Below are positions 16,950-29,600 of a DNA stretch of 64,000 nt, piece after piece. Within the stretch, counting starts at the first letter, position 1; every line of letters begins with the position of its first letter. Below the pieces are notes generated by a model. The model did no database searches, was not told the origin of the DNA, and saw nothing but the letters and a program-made list of their open reading frames with translations. Origin of the DNA: Lama guanicoe (lineage: Eukaryota); contig MU054212.1 of NCBI GenBank assembly GCA_013239625.1, positions 3,997,922 through 4,061,921 on the forward strand, in the 5' to 3' direction. A program made the translations under genes and the position numbers.

Positions 16950-18479
16950 TGCTGCTGTGATCATCTTGGGCGCCCCATTAGATTTGAGGAGTCTTTACAA
17001 AGTAAAGCTGTTGATCTTCTAAGACTTCATGAGGCTGGGACCCAGACTATCCTTTGAGAGGCCAGTCTCTGCCACTCTTCTGGGTGAGCACACACTTGAT
17101 GGGTAAGAACGCAAACTCAATGGTTCATCCAAAATCCGTGGAAGGTTGATCCCCTACCTGATCCCCTACCTCCAAGGAGAGCAGCTGCACTGCCAACACC
17201 ACTTCTGACCTCTGTCTACCTTTCTGGCAAGTTGGGATGAAATAACTGGGCATACAGAGACTGTCCCCTGCCTCATCTTTTTTCTGTTGGGAGCCCAGCC
17301 TTCCTCCACAGTGTGAATGTCAGTGTGCTGCAGACGAACTTACACACGGGATCCCCAGGTGGGCGGCTGGCCCTCACCCAGTGCTGTTACCGATGGGAGG
17401 CGGGAGGGGAATCCATTCTCCACATTCTCCACGCTTGTCTTTGTCACTAATAAAGGCTGTATTTTGGTTCTCTCTCTCTGTTGACTCTATTGTCTTATTT
17501 GTCCAGAACTTAGATGGGTAAGAAGCACTATTTCTCAGGTCTCTTCAAAGACACCAAAATTACCTACAAAGTCTCAAAGGCCAAGGCTAAAGATAAAAAA
17601 AAAAAAAGGCAGGACCAAAAAACATCCATCTACAACCATCAGGGCCACAAGTCCACTAGGAAGGCTGGACGCTGAGGGTCTGAGAGCCGAGGACCAAGTC
17701 TCTTCAAGTGCTCGAAGCCTCAGTGCTGGAAACAGAAAGTCACATCTATCTCTGGGTTACCAAGTGTCTACGGTTCTGGGTCAAGCCAGCTTGAGGTCTG
17801 GAAAAACAAGGGAATTCACAGAACTCATCAGTTACTCACATCTCTTAAAATCACCACTAAGGGACTGTTTGGCCAGTGACAGGAATGACCTACTGCCAAG
17901 GTAACCTATCCTAATTGTGGCTCAATGTCAGATTTTTCCATTCAAAAGGCCAAAGGTGCTCCCTGGAATTGAGATCCTTTAAATCTTCATTCTAAAGTCC
18001 AAATTCTCCAAGCTTTAATCCTACAAAATCTTGAATAGAAAGACTTATCTTGCTCCCACTGGGTCAATTCTTGTAGGCTTCCAAGGACCTGATTGTTAAC
18101 AGGGAGGCAGAACACTGCGTAAGCCCGAGGGGGGTTCCGAGAGGCGTGCCTTTGGGTGAATGGGTTAAGCCAGGCTTCATTCAGACTTCTGTAAAACGGG
18201 TAAAGATGAAAATGCATACTTATTTTAAGGGCTGGAGGTGAGGATTACATGAGACAATGCAGGCAGAGGGCTGGGCCTGGCACAGAGTAAGCACTCAGCA
18301 AATATTACATTGAATCACAAGTCAGCTTCCCAGAAGGCTCACACTCCTTGGAGCAATACCATACAAGCCATGACGGAAAACATTCTGCAAAAGCAACGGG
18401 CAACAAACAGCAAGGCCAGTTACAAACTTTATCCCATGGGCAAGGGTTCATACAACGCCTCAAGGAAGCCGAAAGGCCA

Positions 18480-19440
18480 AAACACATTTAAAAATGATTT
18501 CCAGCTAGTTAATAACTAAAACAATGCACACTGAAACCAAAAGGAGATACTATTTCACAGCCCATCAGATAGTTAAAAGTTTTAAAGCTTTACTAGAACA
18601 TGTATACAAAAATTATGGAAAAACAAAATCACATACATGGTGCTGGTGGGCCAGTTTGGGAAAGACTCTCCCAGTAGCTAGCAAAGAGGCCCGGGCACAG
18701 AGCTTGTTACCCATTACTGGGTACACACCAGCATTCCATCCCTGGGAGCTTGCTGGAGATGTACTGAATCAGAAACTCAGGGGATGGGCCCGGCAATCTA
18801 CAAAGGTGATTTTTTATGCGAGCTAAAACTTGGGAAATGCAGCCCTAGGGTATCCCTGGCACGTGTGCCCAGGTGGCATACACAGGGATGTGGTAAAATT
18901 CGGAACCCAGACACACAAGCCCATCAACAATAAACTGAGTAAGTAAACTGTACCATATTCATAGCACGCAGTGACCTAGAGCAGTGACAATGCACACATT
19001 ATAGCTACACAGCTCAGTCAAATGAATCTGATAGACATAATACCGAGCAGAAGAACCAAATCACAAAAAATACATTACATATTACATGCATGCTTATATT
19101 TATACACATATACATGCATACACACATTTGCATGGTGCATTTATACATATATGCATGATACATATCCATTTATATAAACACCTCTCTCTTACACAGTTAC
19201 ACATACACATAAAAGGAACAGATGATAAAACGATAAAGAAAAACAATGAATAATTACTACCAAAATGAAGATAGCTGTTACTTCTGGGAGGAAGGCGGAA
19301 AATGGGAACAGCACTCTGGAGACTTCCAAGGCACTGGTAATACTGTTTCTCAACCTGCCTGGCAGGTGTACTGACATATTTTTGTATGCTTTAATTATTG
19401 TTTAAATTCCATATATGCTTTATATAATCCTCTGCATGAA
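18480..19440 (+). mobile_element. Old L1M (L1MC/ME-type) ORF2-end and 3'UTR remnants
   Basis: gaaaccaaaaggagatactatttcacagcccatcagat; cccatcaacaataaactgagtaagtaaactgtaccatattcat; aatgaatctgatagacataatac. Confidence 0.6.
18715..18845. mobile_element. MER5A-like fragment nested in an old L1
   Basis: ctgggagcttgctggagatg-tactgaatcagaaactcaggggatgggcccggcaatct...aggtgatt...aaaacttgggaa. Confidence 0.55.
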
Positions 19441-19554
19441 CCACATTTTACAGCAGAAAAAGGGTTTTAAGAAGGTTGAACTTCATACGTATACAAGATA
19501 GAACGCAATGCCACCACTGCCTTCATTTTTTTACCTGCATTCAAAGGAATATCA

Positions 19555-19765
19555 AACCTAGGAACACAGGCTCTAACATCCGGCTGCTGGCATTTGAATC
19601 CCTAGCTCCACAACTTAACAAAGTAACTTTGGGCACCTCAGTTCAACCTGCCTGTGCTCTGGTGTCCTCATACGTAAACAGGAACAATTTTTTTGCGAAT
19701 TAAATGAGTTAATACATGTAAAGTACTCAGAACATGCCCGGAATGTAGTAATTGCTCAAAAATGA
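19555..19765 (+). mobile_element. MIR SINE
   Basis: tttgaatccctagctccac...gtaactttgggca...attaaatgagttaatacatgtaaagtactcagaacatgccc. Confidence 0.7.
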
Positions 19766-19989
19766 TGCAATATTATTAAGACAGGATGAAGCTAAGTTAA
19801 AAGGCACATTTCCTGCATCTAACTGTCAATAAATCATCCACATTTACAAGAACAATAAATCTACCTTCACTCTGTTTTTGCAGATTCTTTACTGGCATCA
19901 GCCAATATGGCAAAACTACCCTCCACCCTCTCCTCCCAACTGGGTCCTCATCATCATGTTTCTTACTCTGGTTCCAAGCTGGTCTCAAA

Positions 19990-20044
19990 ACACACGCGCA
20001 CGTGTGCACGCGCGCACAGACACACACACACACACACACACACA
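19990..20044. repeat. Alternating purine-pyrimidine (CG/CA) tract plus (CA)n
   Basis: acacacgcgcacgtgtgcacgcgcgcaca-g-(ac)n. Confidence 0.95.
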
Positions 20045-20469
20045 GATGTGTGCGCCTGCTTGTGTCTTACCAGAATATTAAAGAAGTAAATTACTGAAGC
20101 CAAAAAACAGACCTAGAAGACACCAGAATAGCTCCTGTTTGATTACCTGTAATTCCCAAATCAAATTGCTGGCAGAATAACACTCCACATATATTAATCC
20201 TGGTCCCTAATTGTATCAGCCTAGACAACATCTGTTAGAATTTAAGGAGGGATGTTAAAATATGTGCCCTTCAACCATGGCTTCCGAATGTGACCTAAGG
20301 AACACTGGCAGTATTCTGTGCAGAGTTACAAGTTATCCCCCGGAACACTGAATACAGAACAAAGCTTTGAGCATGTCGAGTATTCAGACTTACTCCAATA
20401 ATGAAGTTATCCGTTGATGATGTTTGGATAAAACCCCCAAATCGTCAATTAAAGATCTCACATCTTGTT

Positions 20470-20705
20470 CACCATGGGAGAGCACTTTTCTAAATGATTT
20501 ACATTCTTATTTAACATACTTACTTAGCCCACTAACTTTTCATAACCTAGTGACAGATGCTACTTATCACCCCCATTTTACAAACAGACACACTGAGGGA
20601 CAGAAACGTCACACGTGCTGTCGAAGTTCACACCACAACAAAGTGTCAGAACTGGCGCACAAAAACAGGTCATCCAGCTCCAGAGTCCACATTCTGAACC
20701 ACTGT
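20470..20705 (-). mobile_element. MIR SINE
   Basis: tatcacccccattttacaaacagacacactgaggga...ctccagagtccacattctgaaccact. Confidence 0.65.
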
Positions 20706-21078
20706 CTCCCTTAGACAGTCACACAATCAGAGAGGGAAAGAAGGAGATCCGAAGATCTTCAGCAATTTGTACTTAAGAAAGGAAGCGTTTCAGCTTAGAA
20801 AAACCGAAATTTTATTTGACAAATGACAGCCACTCATGTGTTATTGTGTGGATGTGCGTTATACGTATAAAATCTGCAGAGAAAAAGAAAGCAAGGTCCC
20901 TACCTCTTACCACGTACAAAAATAAATTTCAGATTAGTAAAATATCTCAATGTGAAAATATAAGGAGGTAAATACAATTTGATATAGCATGCAGTTTAAG
21001 AAGACTGTGTTTGGAGGTGGATAGTCTCAATCTATATCTTGGCATAGCCACTGGAGTACCATTCCAGAAACACATTTT

Positions 21079-21218
21079 ATATATATCACACACATATCTG
21101 TATATATATGTATATACATATCTGTACATACATAAGTATATACATATCTGTACATATGTGTGTATGTACATAGCTATATATACATATATATGTGTGTATA
21201 TATACACATATACACATA
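21079..21218. repeat. Complex (TA/CA/TG)n low-complexity repeat
   Basis: ~140 bp of tatatatg/tacata/tgtgtg units. Confidence 0.9.
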
Positions 21219-24200
21219 TTTATTTTACTTTTTTTAATTATAAAGAACCAAGACTGCACAAAATAAGATATCGGAATCTTGACACTTCTTAAGAAATCCA
21301 TTACATACACAAATACTAAAAAAAAGTAACCTCACTGTTTTCCAAAATGCTTTTACTCCAGGCTATAAAATGTTATAAGCTGTCTGCACATAATCCATTG
21401 TTATCTACCTTCAAACTTACCACTATCCCCCTTCTAAACAAAGCTCCACTGAGACCACCTCAAATGAAGGAAACGACCATAAACCAAATCACAGATTTAA
21501 CTCAGTTTCATTTACAAGGTACTTAGCTATAAATCAATGGGTAAAGTAAATCAATGGTTATGCGCTTCTCCCCAGATGTTCTTAGTTATCTGTCAAACAA
21601 AAAAGACAGAAGTGGAAATCAAATTTAATGCCAGAAACACAAACACTGTATGAAAACAACTGCTTTTATGGTTAAAAAAAACTATGTGTAAGGGTGAAAC
21701 ACAAGTGAAATACAAATTAGGTATCAACAGGCTAGAGCCACACAACGAGTAGTGTCTTTTTAAATACTGGGAAGTAAAGTTCACTCATGTACAAACACAA
21801 ATAAATTAGGACTGCCTTGAAGGAAACAAATCCTCAGTGGGTCATTACCTCTGGATGTGGGTTCCTCAGCCCTCCACCCTCCACCTAGAATCTAGGTCTA
21901 TCGAACAGCTGTTGTAAACACACAGCAAAGGCCTCCAGAAAGACAGACCTTGGGACAAGTATGGCGCTCTGCATCTTTCATAGCAACCAAAGCTACACAA
22001 ACACAAAAGAGGATCAACAATACCCAAAGAGGCACTGACAACTGGAAAAGTAGCTGGTGTGTGGAACGGTAACCCCCGACTTAACCTCTTTACAGATAAA
22101 CCTGGGTAGGGCCTCATTGAGAAGTGGGTCACTAGTCAGCTCAGCGAAGGTATTAAGAAGCATCACTGAAAAGATTAGTCTTAACACCCCAACCTTCTGC
22201 TTGAAGACTTCAAGTCAAAAAGATATTTAGTGCTTTGTCTCCACCCTCCTCCTGATAAAGGGAAGGGCAGGAAAAGCCATAACTTCCTAAATCCAGATGC
22301 CTTTGGCTTTTGGCTGAAGCTATGTTGCCCATTTGCCAGAACTCCAGAAGAAGTTATCCAAGTAGGAAAATCCACAAAAGGTGTTTCGTGGTTTGACACC
22401 ATAAACACTCAAGTGACCTTTAGCTGCAATGAAACAGTCTGTTCTTATTTTTGTTCTTAAATCAATTTTCACCTTCCTTAACCTCTCCGATACCTCTATA
22501 GTGTCCATGAGTCTGTCCTGATTTTGTGACTATTAAAAATATATGTACGACACAAAGATACAGACGATTCTATGGATTTACGTGGAAGATGCCAGCTACC
22601 AAACAACATAGTCTATGACTTCACAGAGTACAGGAAAAAGCTAAAGTGATCTATGCTATTAGAAGTCAAATAAATATTTACTGCTGAAGGGATGGCTACA
22701 ATCAAAAGAGGGTACTCCTGGGATGCTGGAAATGCTGTGTCTTGACTGGGCACTGATTTAGTAGGACATTCAATTAATGTGCACCCAGCAGGTTATCCAC
22801 TAATATATGCACTGTCCTGTATGTATTTGATATTTCCATAAAGGATGAGTGTGTGTGTGTGTGTGCAAATTTTCAGTTTTGAATTTCCTGAAATATAATA
22901 CAGGAAGCAAGACATAAGAACCCAATCTTGGAGATGCAGGCCCCAGAGAGACTCTTCTGGGGGTGGATACCAACGGAGCTGGAGAAGGCTCGTATTCTGA
23001 CTCCAGAAAATACACTTTTCTTTCTTTACTGGGCCAGAAAGCCATAAAGAATGAACTTCAAACTTTGAACTGTTGTGTTCACCAATTAAGACAACAAAAG
23101 AAAAAAAAATTAAAGTGGTCACAGCCTCTAGTTTATTAAAGATTTATATTAAGCAGAGGGAACGAATTATACCCTTTAAACTCACTAAATTTAATGTTTT
23201 TCTTAGTCATTTACTTCAGGGTTCACTTAACAGCTCCACAACCAACTAACAGACGTTTTGTTCACGATTACAGTCAAGCCAACTGTATCCACCCACCAAC
23301 AACAGGTCAAGTTACAAACAAAATAGCTCTAGGCTTTCTGGGCAGCAAACAAATCAGTGTGTACGCTGTCACTCCACAAAACATTCACAGAAATTTGCTG
23401 TAGTAAGTCCTTTCGAGATGTGGACATAATATATTTTTTAAAAGATGCCAACTAATTTCATTTGTGGGAGAAAAAGTAATTCAAACTATACAAATGTGGA
23501 AAATGTGCCATTAAACATTAAAATATTTCAACACCTAGTGATAGAATCTCTTGAATTTATTTTTACAGAAAAGAAGGCTGAAAAAAACAGTTTCAAAAAA
23601 AATGCATAGCTTGAGGCTTCCTTGGCTTTTAGAAAGTACTTTAAGTTCCAAGATTAAGAGAAAAATTATTTTTTGAGTACTTATCAACATATTATTTGTT
23701 GATCAAGACGATGTGAAGAACATTAGAAAACTGATGATGTATCATTTACAAAGATTTTTTTCTTCTTTCTCTAAAAGGACATTTTTTTTTTTTAAAAGAA
23801 CCAAAGTCCTAACAAGACATTAAATTTTGGCATCAGATACCAAAATAAGTCAAGACAGCTAAGGTTAAAATTGAATAGAAAATGTAACTCAAAAGTTGAC
23901 TACTTTACAAAAACCTTATAAATTCAGTGGTGAGGAATTAAAATTCCCCTCTAATTCGATATTCATTCCCTGAGTATCATTTTAAAGGGGTCCTGGCCTG
24001 GCAGAGGGAGAGAACTGTGCAGTCAGGCTGACCTCTACTACAAACAGATACAGTTTTACTCTGCATTCTCACAATAAATACTCACAATGTCTGACTTCCA
24101 CTTTCAACATCTCTAAAATGGGAATAAAACCACCTATGTCACAAGGTTATAGAAATAATTAACTGAGGTAACATATTAGTTTCCTTCCCTGAAATTAAAA

Positions 24201-24654
24201 ATACTTCATTTTTAAGGTTTCGTACTATGAGACATTGGTTTGAAAAAGAAAAGATTTGAAGAGATGGCAGTAAATATGTGAAGTTCCAAATAGTTTTACC
24301 TGGTATATGCCCTCTTCTGAGTTAAATGAATGACTTTTGATTATTACTAAAAATTAAATTGTAAAATGTCTTAGAACTGCATATGGGAAAAACATTGCAC
24401 ATGGGAATCCTTACTGGAAGCAGTAATACAAAAGTTTGATATTTAATGCAACAGAAGTTGAATAAACTCAAAATTTATTTTAATAGTGAAGATAAAAAGA
24501 GTCATTTCACATTTCTAGTTCCAATAAATTCTGGAATAATAAAGATTCCAAATTATGATCTTTTAATTAACTTTTAAAAAACTAATTCCTTAATCCAACA
24601 AAACAAATTATATATCAAAATTGGGGGGGGGTGAATCTCTGTATAAATATTTTA

Positions 24655-24797
24655 GTTATATTTTATTTTTATAATTTTGTTGTGGGGTAGGTAATTGGGT
24701 TTATTTATTTATTTCTTAATGGAGGTGCTGGGGATTGAACCCAGGACCTCATGAATACTAGGCATGTGCTCTACCACTGAGCTGTACTGTCCCCCCT
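24655..24797 (-). mobile_element. Camelid-type tRNA-derived SINE with perfect 15-bp TSD
   Basis: tRNA-like head with A and B boxes (cagctcagtggtagagc...gggttcaatccc) and AT-rich tail. TSD tgtataaatatttta at 24640-24654 and 24798-24812. Confidence 0.92.
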
Positions 24798-26609
24798 TGT
24801 ATAAATATTTTAAATTATGATGGTCAATTAACATGTTTTCAAAAAATTAACACAAAATCAGTATTAAAATTGTAGTATATGGTTGTACATAAGTATACTG
24901 TCAAATTAATTCTTTTAATTAACATAAAAATAATACTAAAATTATATCATACAGAATTACAATATTATTTATTTATTATTTTATTTATTTTTAGTATATT
25001 TATTTATTTATTTATAGCATATTTATTTATTTATTTTAAATTTATAAAGAATAATACAGGTAGGTATACTTTATAAACGGAACCCTGAGAACAGATCATG
25101 GATCAAATACTTCTCCAAGTTGCTTGATTACGAATGCCATATTATATTTATAATAGCACCTCCTTTTAAATGACTCAAGCTGTTTTAAAAGCATCACCCA
25201 ACTAATTCTTTCAAGGCTACTTGGGAAAAATAAACCCAAGTTAAAGAGTTTTGTTAACCGAGGCTGTAGACCAGAACATCTGATTCCAATACTAAACGTT
25301 CTTCTGTGTCTCAAGTTCTAGGTACTAGTATGGTCCACTTTAGATTACCCTTTCACTATCAGAACAGACAAATAATGAAATATTCATTCAGTCAAGAGAA
25401 TATAAGAAATAAGAAATACATAATGGTTTAACCAGCTAGTATATTCTCTCACGCACAGATAACTCAGCACAGTGTGGTCATTCCATGACATAACATGGAA
25501 ACTTATCTATCACATTAACTCCCCATTAAATTAGCCCATCTTCTTTTGACTTACTCACGGTTCAGCCTGCTATAGTTGTTCTCAACCCAATTTTATGATG
25601 TTCTAGTGTTAATTTAGGTCATCTTCATCTTAGGTCTACTCTGCTTGACTTTTTATTCTTCTATCTTCTATCCATAGCTTCTATCTGGTGGCCTTTGTCC
25701 AATTTCTTTTCATTCAGAGGCCCTGAAACCCCACTGATGATTCTGGCTGTCCTTCCCTGAAGGTTTTCTAGGTGCATGACTATGGCCAAAAACATTGGGT
25801 GGTTTAACAATCATTTTCTTGACATGGAAGTAGAACTAAAATGTTTTATTCCACACAGTAGGGGCTCTCAAATTTGACTGCACATTACTACATAATTTAT
25901 TGACTCAGTTCCTACCGACGGGCTTTCAGAGATCCAACACATCCAATCCTTTGTAACTATAAACAATGCTTCAATGCATATCCTTATAAGTGTATATACA
26001 TCATATGTACATCATGAATACAGACATAATCTGTAAAAACGACTAGAGGAGAACTTGCTAGCTCAAAGGGCTATATTCTTAATGCTGATCCACATAACTC
26101 ATTTTGATGGTTCTCCTGGAGACTACCTTCTCGCAAAGAAACATAAAAGCATAAAGTAATAGAGTAAATAATTTTTATTCTTAGTAATATTACACTTCCC
26201 TTCCTTGAAGCCGAACTCTCACTTACCCCTACTCCCAAATAGTTTGCTTTTAGTGGTAAAAGCAGTGGTAAAAAAACACTTAAAAAGTCAAGCATATAAA
26301 AAATACAGATGTCTTCTAAACTATCATATATGATAAACTATTGTTAACAACCCCTCAAAAATCATACTTTGTCACTTTGAGTACCTGAAAATCCCTGCAT
26401 TTCAGGTTGAAAATTAAAGTCATTCCAACGTCTTTGAAAAGGTATCATTTTGGGATATTTTAAGCAGCCCCCAGAGTCACAGAACTAGAAAGTCCCTTAG
26501 AGAGCAACTTAATCCAACCAGGCCCAAGATTTTATTATTGAGGAAAATGAGGTCATTGGAGTTTAAGAGACTAAACAACATCTGGACCAGATTAGAACCC
26601 CAGGCTTCC

Positions 26610-26657
26610 TGCCCTTGACCCTAGCTCTTGCCCTTGACCCCAGCTCTTGCCCTTGAC
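26610..26657. repeat. 19-bp minisatellite, ~2.5 copies
   Basis: tgcccttgaccctagctct / tgcccttgaccccagctct / tgcccttgac. Confidence 0.95.
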
Positions 26658-29600
26658 ACTTTATGAGGGCAGCTCATCTGCACAAAATAAAGTTATTATA
26701 TACATATACATACACATGCAACTCAAGACCTTGAGTGCTCTAAGTACAGCTGGAAGCTCAGACAAGAAAGTCCACTAAGTCCTAAAGAGGCTAACCAAGT
26801 ATAGGAATGAGCAGTATTTATGCTTTACTTCAAGTTTCCTTTTAAAAACTCTATTATAACACAAATCAAATTTTTCAGAAGGTCCTACTTAGTTCCCCAA
26901 TTCACCTTCTGCCTACTTTAAACTCATCGCTTTGTATTCGTAGATGCAGCTCTTAATGTATCTATATACACCTCCTCCCTGGCATGAACAGGGTTGTTTA
27001 ATTTAAAACTTATCGACATTTAGTTAAATATATGAAGACTAGCATGTGCTCAAGTTAACTGATATAATTTACTGAAAAATTATGACAAAAATAAATTTGC
27101 AAAAGGGAAAAACAGAAATGTGAAGCATAATGATTTGTTGGTACAAATTATGTTTCAACTTATAGTTCTTCACCCAACTTGAAAGTAGATACTAGAAGGT
27201 GTACTAGTGGCAGATGTCAAATGATTACTCAAATAATAAAATCCAAATTCCAAACCTATCATACTTTTTAAATGGTTGATAAAATTCACCACAAGTCTGT
27301 GTAGTGCTTAAACTTTATTATGTTTTATATTTGAGCCAAAAGAACAAATCTGAATGATGTTAACTTGGGCAAAAATGATAGAAGGTATACACAAACACTA
27401 AATTTCTTAAATAACAGCTCTGATTTTTTTTTTTTAAAGTCACTCTTCTAACTTGAGACTATCCCTTTGAAAACAGAATGGGGATTTGAGTTACTTAGGG
27501 TTTTTTTTTTAAGGCATTTTAAAGCAAGATTAACTGTTGCTTTAAGTCTTGGCATTTCTCGATTAATAACCCTAAAGCTTAATGAGGCACAACAGATTTA
27601 AGAATTGAAGATTTTTAATGAAAACGGAAATTAAGCACAGTTTGGTTCAATACACTGTCACCAAAAAAATCTGCTGCAAGAAGAATTGCATCTCTATATG
27701 TAAAAAATACAAACCATCTAAAAAGAACTTCCTCTTAAAAATCTCAGTCCAAACTTTTGGAAGAAGGTCAGGGCTGATTTTGATGAAGGTATTAAACTCA
27801 AAAGTATACTCTGTAAGTAAATTCTGAACTTGCAATTAAGGCTTCAAAAATTATATATAATTTAAATTTGTGTATATATGTATCATTAAAAAATGCTTAA
27901 AATAATATTTTAGGATACACAAATTATTTTTCAAATTGTACCTAGTAGGTTTGCAATGCACCACCTATTAGTAATGGCCACATGCAACAAGTTTAAAAAA
28001 GGACAAAGACACACATAAGTAGAATAAACTGTGAACACCAAATGTTAATTCTCCTTTACTTGTGCAAGAACTTGTTACAAACATGGGAAAATCAAATAAA
28101 CATGGAGAATATATATGTGTTCTATACTTAAAATGGCTATTGTATCCTAGATTTTCCACATACTAAAACAAAGCTTTTTTTTTTTAACATTTCATGTGTT
28201 GAATGTTAATCATTTCAAAGTCTATACCTAATAGGTGAAAATCACATATGGTTTATGCCTCTTTTTTTCATACATCCTTATCCAGGGTTCAAAGCAGGAT
28301 CTGTGTGATAAGACTAAGAATCCAGAATATCTGTGAATATTAAGGTGATGTCCTTGATGCTCCATCACCCAACAAGCGTATTTAAATTAGAACAATGGAG
28401 CTATGCAATTAAAATGTGAACTAGAAAAACTAAACAGGTTTCTAATCTATTAATTACTGGATGGGTAGTAAAAGTAAAACTGATTTTTTTTTCCTGATAA
28501 TAAATCTACTTAAGGATTTGGAAGTCACTAGTATAATTTAAAAGGAAAGCTTGTCATAACTTTTTGATATCCCTTGATTAGTGAAATTTAATGCTCAAAA
28601 TCTGCTTCTTTTTTATAGGACAATACTAATACTTTAGGCTAACATGAGGGAGAACAGAGACAATCTTAAAGCTGAATATCATAACATGCAAAGTTGACTA
28701 GAATTATGTAAATCTAGGTAATAGAATCAACTAGCAAAGAATCTCTCAAAGTGAAAAAAAAAAGTGTTCCAAGTAAAACAAAGAACACTTCAGTTAATGA
28801 AAGGCATGAAGTCCTTTTGAATATTCAATCATTATTCTTTAATCAGTATGAAAAAATAAGACAGCTTGGTATCTACACTAATAACCTACTCATTCTCTTT
28901 TCTGAAACTCTTGACTCCTTACTCTGGCCTGCAAACAACAACAACAACAACTAGCCTTTTAAAAGCAGATGACTGCAGAGGCACCGTGTTCACCTTGAGG
29001 ATAGATCTTTGTTATTCTGGTGAGTAAAGCAGATCATCAGCACAAAGTCATTTCCAATCTCAGAATGTACAATCCACATGGTGCACTTAACCCTAAAACT
29101 GTTGCATATACTGCTCTGCTTCCACTTCTAATGACCTTGCAAATCACTCAGTGTTACTGCTTCAATCAGAAGACTGCCAAACAATTTGATGGCAAAGTTT
29201 TAATCTCCCCTTTCGTCAAGGTTTACAAAAGTCAACATGACATCAGCCTAGAAGAAACTGAGAAAGAACATACAGTGAAAAAGAGAGGCGTGTTATTTGA
29301 TGTTTATAAATGATATTTTTAAATGCTCAAGAAAAAAGAAAGAAAGAAAGAAAATGATCTACAAAATTCACACCTGGCCTTCAAGGCAGATGACTCAAAG
29401 AGGAAATGAGATTGCTCCAGTAGCCCCACATTTAATCCCATAGCATTAATGACCAACAAATGTCTCCCCCTGTCCTAACTTCACTGCACAATATTCAATT
29501 AAAACTTACTTTCAGATCAAAAAGTTAGTGGGCATACCATCTACTGCCAGACTCACACTTTTAGGATTTATTATAATTTGCTTGTAAACTAGCAAGACCA

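Noticed and set aside
20947..21310. Tyr/Ile/His-rich ORFs
   Set aside because: Translations of (TA/CA)n low-complexity repeats.
24840..25060. Extremely AT-rich (ATTT)n stretch as a matrix-attachment or unwinding element
   Set aside because: Indistinguishable from ordinary low-complexity DNA next to a SINE; no independent support.
26610..26657. CRISPR-like array (also 53876-53951)
   Set aside because: Head-to-tail tandem repeats with no unique spacers, in a mammalian genome with no cas genes.
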